From a virus (taxonomy: Duplodnaviria > Caudoviricetes), in the IMG/VR virus record IMGVR_UViG_3300022181_000052, positions 1 to 37,584 of that record: 37,584 bases of DNA; one strand, given 5' to 3'. Each line of letters opens with the position of its first letter. Position 1 is the first letter of the stretch. The notes below the pieces were generated by a model. It was not told the DNA's origin. It saw only the letters and a program-made list of their open reading frames with translations, and made no database searches. The position numbers and the translations under genes were made by a program. Shown here in pieces: positions 34,946 to 37,584 of this stretch.

Positions 34946-35413
34946 ATGGACGTGATCAAGGGAGCCGAGCTGCTGCTCTCCGATGTAGCCGGGGCCGCGC
35001 GGACCCTGGCCGACCGGACGGCCGAGGCCAACGCCGCGCTGGAGGAACTCCGGGCCCTGCACGCCCCGGGCGTGCAGGAGGCCAAGGCGGCCCTGGACGA
35101 CGCCGAGAAGGCCCTGGAAAAGCACTGCAAGAAGCACCAGACCACAATCTTCGGGGACCGCGACCGCGTGGACCTCAAGCACGGCGCGCTGCTGCACGGG
35201 GTCCGCAAGGTCGTGCGCAAGGCGAAAAAAACCACGGTGGATCTGCTGGAAAGGCTGGGCTTCACGGACGGCGTCCTGGTCACCAAAAGCGTGAACTGGG
35301 ACGTGATTGAGAAGTGGACCGACGAGCGTCTGGCCGCCATCTATACGGAGCGCAAAAGCAAGGAGACCTGGGGCTACGAACTGAAGAAGGCGAAGGAGGA
35401 CCGTCATGGGTGA
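34946..35413 (+). CDS. gam: Gam-like host-nuclease inhibitor
   Basis: Helical N-terminus, 'VDLKHG', 'SVNWDVI', 'KETWGYE'. Position downstream of the B gene. Confidence 0.65.
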   Translation: MDVIKGAELLLSDVAGAARTLADRTAEANAALEELRALHAPGVQEAKAALDDAEKALEKHCKKHQTTIFGDRDRVDLKHGALLHGVRKVVRKAKKTTVDLLERLGFTDGVLVTKSVNWDVIEKWTDERLAAIYTERKSKETWGYELKKAKEDRHG

Positions 35414-35603
35414 GGAGGACCGCGGCGCCCTGCGCGCCGTGAAGCAGCTGGAGGCCCGGGTGCTGCAACAGCAGCGCCTCATCAAGGACATGGCGAAGTT
35501 CATCAGGAGCGTCCGCGAAGGCAAGCTGTTAACCGTTCTCTACATGAAGAACCAGGCCAAAACTCTGGAAGAGCGGGCGCAGTCCGCCGAACTGCAGAGC
35601 TGA
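35406..35603 (+). CDS. Hypothetical coiled-coil protein
   Basis: 65 aa, GGAGGA RBS, overlaps the gam stop. Confidence 0.6.
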   Translation: MGEEDRGALRAVKQLEARVLQQQRLIKDMAKFIRSVREGKLLTVLYMKNQAKTLEERAQSAELQS

Positions 35604-35613
35604 GGGAGGGGGT

Positions 35614-35775
35614 ATGCGCATTCTCGTGAATCTGATGCTGACCATCCTGCTGACCGTGGCCGCGCCGCTCATCTACGCGGGCGAGCTGGTCCGGCTGGTC
35701 GTGAGCGCCACGTTCAATGTGGAGCTGCTGCGGGACTTCGTAAACGGCTACCGCGACATCTGGCGGACCAACTAA
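35614..35775 (+). CDS. Small membrane protein (53 aa, not in the ORF track)
   Basis: GGAGG RBS. MRILVNLMLTILLTVAAPLIYAG hydrophobic N-terminus. Fills the operon gap. Confidence 0.55.
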   Translation: MRILVNLMLTILLTVAAPLIYAGELVRLVVSATFNVELLRDFVNGYRDIWRTN

Positions 35776-35807
35776 CCGGCGATTGCCGAACACAAAGGAA
35801 CGGAACC

Positions 35808-35978
35808 ATGAGCGTGATCGTGCGGCCCCAGGAAGAAATCGACGATCTCATCAACCGCTGCTTCGACGCTGAAAACAACGGCGACTCCAAGTACCCCGGC
35901 ATGACCTACGAGCAGGGAATCAAGGACGGCATGCTGTGGCTCACGGATGAGGACGAGCCCAACCCCCTGGAAGACTGA
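35808..35978 (+). CDS. Small acidic phage protein (56 aa, not in the ORF track)
   Basis: MSVIVRPQEEIDDLINR...SKYPGMTYEQGIKDGMLWL; AAAGGA RBS. Confidence 0.65.
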   Translation: MSVIVRPQEEIDDLINRCFDAENNGDSKYPGMTYEQGIKDGMLWLTDEDEPNPLED

Positions 35979-36040
35979 TGCGAAACCGCCCCGTATGGGG
36001 CGGTCGCTGGCCGGTGGCGCGGTCAGCCTGAAGAGCAGCC
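35979..36040 (+). ncRNA. Type II hammerhead ribozyme
   Basis: TGC-GAAA-CCGCCCC[GTAT]GGGGCGG-TC^-GCTGGCCG[GTGGCG]CGGTCAGC-CTGAAGA-GCA. All core nucleotides and three stems are present. Predicted cleavage after C36005. Confidence 0.88.
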
Positions 36041-36055
36041 GAGAGGAGAGTAGTT

Positions 36056-36265
36056 ATGCAAGAAATCCGTCGCGATGGGTCACTCGGTCCGATTGAGCCC
36101 TATGACCCGGAACGGCTCAAGACCCTGCTGGGAAATCCTGATGTCGCTGAAGTCCGTGTTTTCCGCGCATCCGGTCCTGACCAGATCAAGAAGATGAATC
36201 AGAAGATGAAGCGGCGCGCCAAGAGAAAAAGGGCAAAAGCCTCGCAGCGTAAGAACAGAGGATGA
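36056..36265 (+). CDS. Hypothetical protein with a highly basic C-terminus
   Basis: GAGGAG RBS; C-terminal KKMNQKMKRRAKRKRAKASQRKNR. Confidence 0.7.
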   Translation: MQEIRRDGSLGPIEPYDPERLKTLLGNPDVAEVRVFRASGPDQIKKMNQKMKRRAKRKRAKASQRKNRG

Positions 36266-36266
36266 C

Positions 36267-36572
36267 GTGACCATACTGCCCCTGACCGCACACGCCGCCC
36301 GCCGTATGGCGGAACGCAACATCACGGCCCCGATGGTGGCTGCGGTCTTGCGGTGCGGCGATGTGGTCCCGGGCACCGAGGACGGCACGATCTCCCATCG
36401 CCTCTGCGGTCTGCGCGTGGTGACGAGCGTCGAGCACGGCGTCATCATCACCGTCTGCGCCGAGCGGAGTTGTCCGGCCGAGCCTGGCCCCAAGCGCCGG
36501 GCCCGGCTGGCCGGACAACTCCGCCGCAAGTACAGCCGCGAAGCTCGCCTCTATAATGGAATGAACTGGTAG
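36267..36572 (+). CDS. DUF4258-like protein
   Basis: 'LTAHAARRMAERNIT...V..VL..G...LRVV....VIITV'. Confidence 0.7.
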   Translation: MTILPLTAHAARRMAERNITAPMVAAVLRCGDVVPGTEDGTISHRLCGLRVVTSVEHGVIITVCAERSCPAEPGPKRRARLAGQLRRKYSREARLYNGMNW

Positions 36573-36581
36573 GAGGACGCC

Positions 36582-37022
36582 ATGCCCACGCCCACGCGCA
36601 ACCTGGAACCCTACAAGCGCAAACTAGTCCAGCTCATCCACGTGGCCAAGTCGAATCTCGGCCTGGACGATGAGGTCTACCGCGCGTTGCTGCGGTCCAA
36701 GTCTGGCCGGGAGTCCTCCAAGGACATGAGCATCAGCCAGCTGGAGGCCGTGCTGGACCATCTGCGCACGTCCGGGTTCGCCCAGACCAAGAAGCACAAG
36801 GGCAAGGAGCTAGAGCGCGATCCGCAGAGCCGCAAGATTCGGTCCCTCTGGCTGGAGCTGCACGAGCGGGGCGCGATCAAGGACAAGAGCGAGGATGCGC
36901 TGGCCGCCTTCGTCAAACGCCAGACCGGCGTGGAGAGCCTGCGCTGGCTGAATGGCTACCAGGCCGCGACCGTGATTGAGTCGCTCAAGCGCTGGATTGA
37001 CCGCATCCCCGCGAGGTCATGA
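36582..37022 (+). CDS. gemA: GemA / Mu gp16 (DUF1018) protein
   Basis: 'LIHVAK..LGLDDEVYRALL', 'KIRSLW', 'ALAAFVKRQTG', 'VIESLKRW'. Confidence 0.9.
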   Translation: MPTPTRNLEPYKRKLVQLIHVAKSNLGLDDEVYRALLRSKSGRESSKDMSISQLEAVLDHLRTSGFAQTKKHKGKELERDPQSRKIRSLWLELHERGAIKDKSEDALAAFVKRQTGVESLRWLNGYQAATVIESLKRWIDRIPARS

Positions 37023-37369
37023 TGGATGAGACGCCCCGCCATATCGCCGCCGAGCTGCTCCAGGATCTGGCTGACCAGGCCGCCGACGCCGCCCGGAAGA
37101 TGCTGGGGGCGTCGTCGCGAGCTGCCGCCGATTTCGGCAAAGAGCTGGCGTTCCATATGGCTGAAAACTGGGGCGGGCAGAGCGTCTACATCCCAATGGA
37201 TCTGGCGGGGCGTCGCAGCGAGCGGAACGAACAGATCTACAAAAAATTCAACGGCGCGAACGCTGCCGGACTCGCGCGGGAGTATAAGATCAGCGTCCAG
37301 ATGATCTACCGCATCATCAAGGCCGAACGCGCCGCGCGGGCGCAAAAGCAGTACAGCCTGCTCGGCTGA
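37019..37369 (+). CDS. mor: Mor/C-family transcription activator
   Basis: 'WGGQSVYIP', 'RNEQIYKKFNG.N...LAREYKIS...IYRII'. Confidence 0.92.
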   Translation: MMDETPRHIAAELLQDLADQAADAARKMLGASSRAAADFGKELAFHMAENWGGQSVYIPMDLAGRRSERNEQIYKKFNGANAAGLAREYKISVQMIYRIIKAERAARAQKQYSLLG

Positions 37370-37445
37370 TTTTTTGTTTCATTATATGAAAGTCCGTTTC
37401 ATTCGTCGCCGTCCCGACTCATCCCGGATCGTCCCATTTCATCCC

Positions 37446-37487
37446 GGTTATCCTGCACACCCCCTCCAATTATCCTGCCCGTGATCA
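37446..37487 (-). repeat. Phage left end (attL-like) with two transposase-binding repeats
   Basis: TTATCCTGC at 37448-37456 and 37470-37478 (22-bp spacing). CA at 37486-37487 aligns in register with the other end. Confidence 0.75.
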
Positions 37488-37584
37488 CAAGAGACTCCCA
37501 TCCCCCCGCCTTTCTGAAACGGGCCGAAGGCCCCCCCGGCTTCGCCACCCCCTTCGGGGGTCTCCAGAACAGCCAAGAGACTCC

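Larger units (their letters stand above)
20..37487 (-). mobile_element. Mu-like transposable prophage (B3/BcepMu-type layout, contractile tail), about 37,468 bp
   Basis: Contains DDE transposase, AAA ATPase, Gam, GemA, Mor and Mu gp25-28-like genes. Termini are TG at 20-21 and CA at 37486-37487. Read inward, the ends are TGATGCCGTGCGCGAAAAATG and TGATCACGGGCAGGATAATTG (14/21 identical). Confidence 0.92.

Noticed and set aside
37411-37584. CRISPR-like array at the right edge
   Set aside because: The repeats are only 5-11 bp, lack repeat-spacer geometry, and there are no cas genes.

Overview
The window holds an essentially complete ~37.5 kb transposable (Mu-like) prophage or phage genome at about 20..37487, drawn right-to-left. 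It is GC-rich, and the host is probably a Desulfovibrio-type deltaproteobacterium (inferred from the DnaB sequence). Both TG...CA termini are visible, each with a pair of transposase-site repeats 22 bp apart, but there is no target-site duplication. The layout is B3/BcepMu-like. A central S24-type repressor separates a + strand early operon (DDE transposase A, MuB-like ATPase, Gam, GemA, Mor) from a - strand late operon (holin, SAR-type transglycosylase, Rz with embedded Rz1, Mu gp25-28-like packaging genes, then a non-Mu DUF1073/DUF2213/DUF2184/DUF3383 contractile-tail virion module). The main unusual features are: (1) a full-length, host-type DnaB helicase inside the phage end, coupled to a TraR/DksA gene and two Cys-rich ORFs, where Mu carries gin/mom; (2) a well-formed type II hammerhead ribozyme in the early operon; (3) a MuF head protein with a C-terminal DUF6883-like domain followed by a DUF4926-like gene, a candidate polymorphic toxin/immunity pair; (4) two palindromes 99 bp apart inside the gene before the transposase; (5) a -1 frameshift site in the tail chaperone; (6) twin late-promoter motifs. 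All family assignments come from recalled motifs and gene order, not from database searches.
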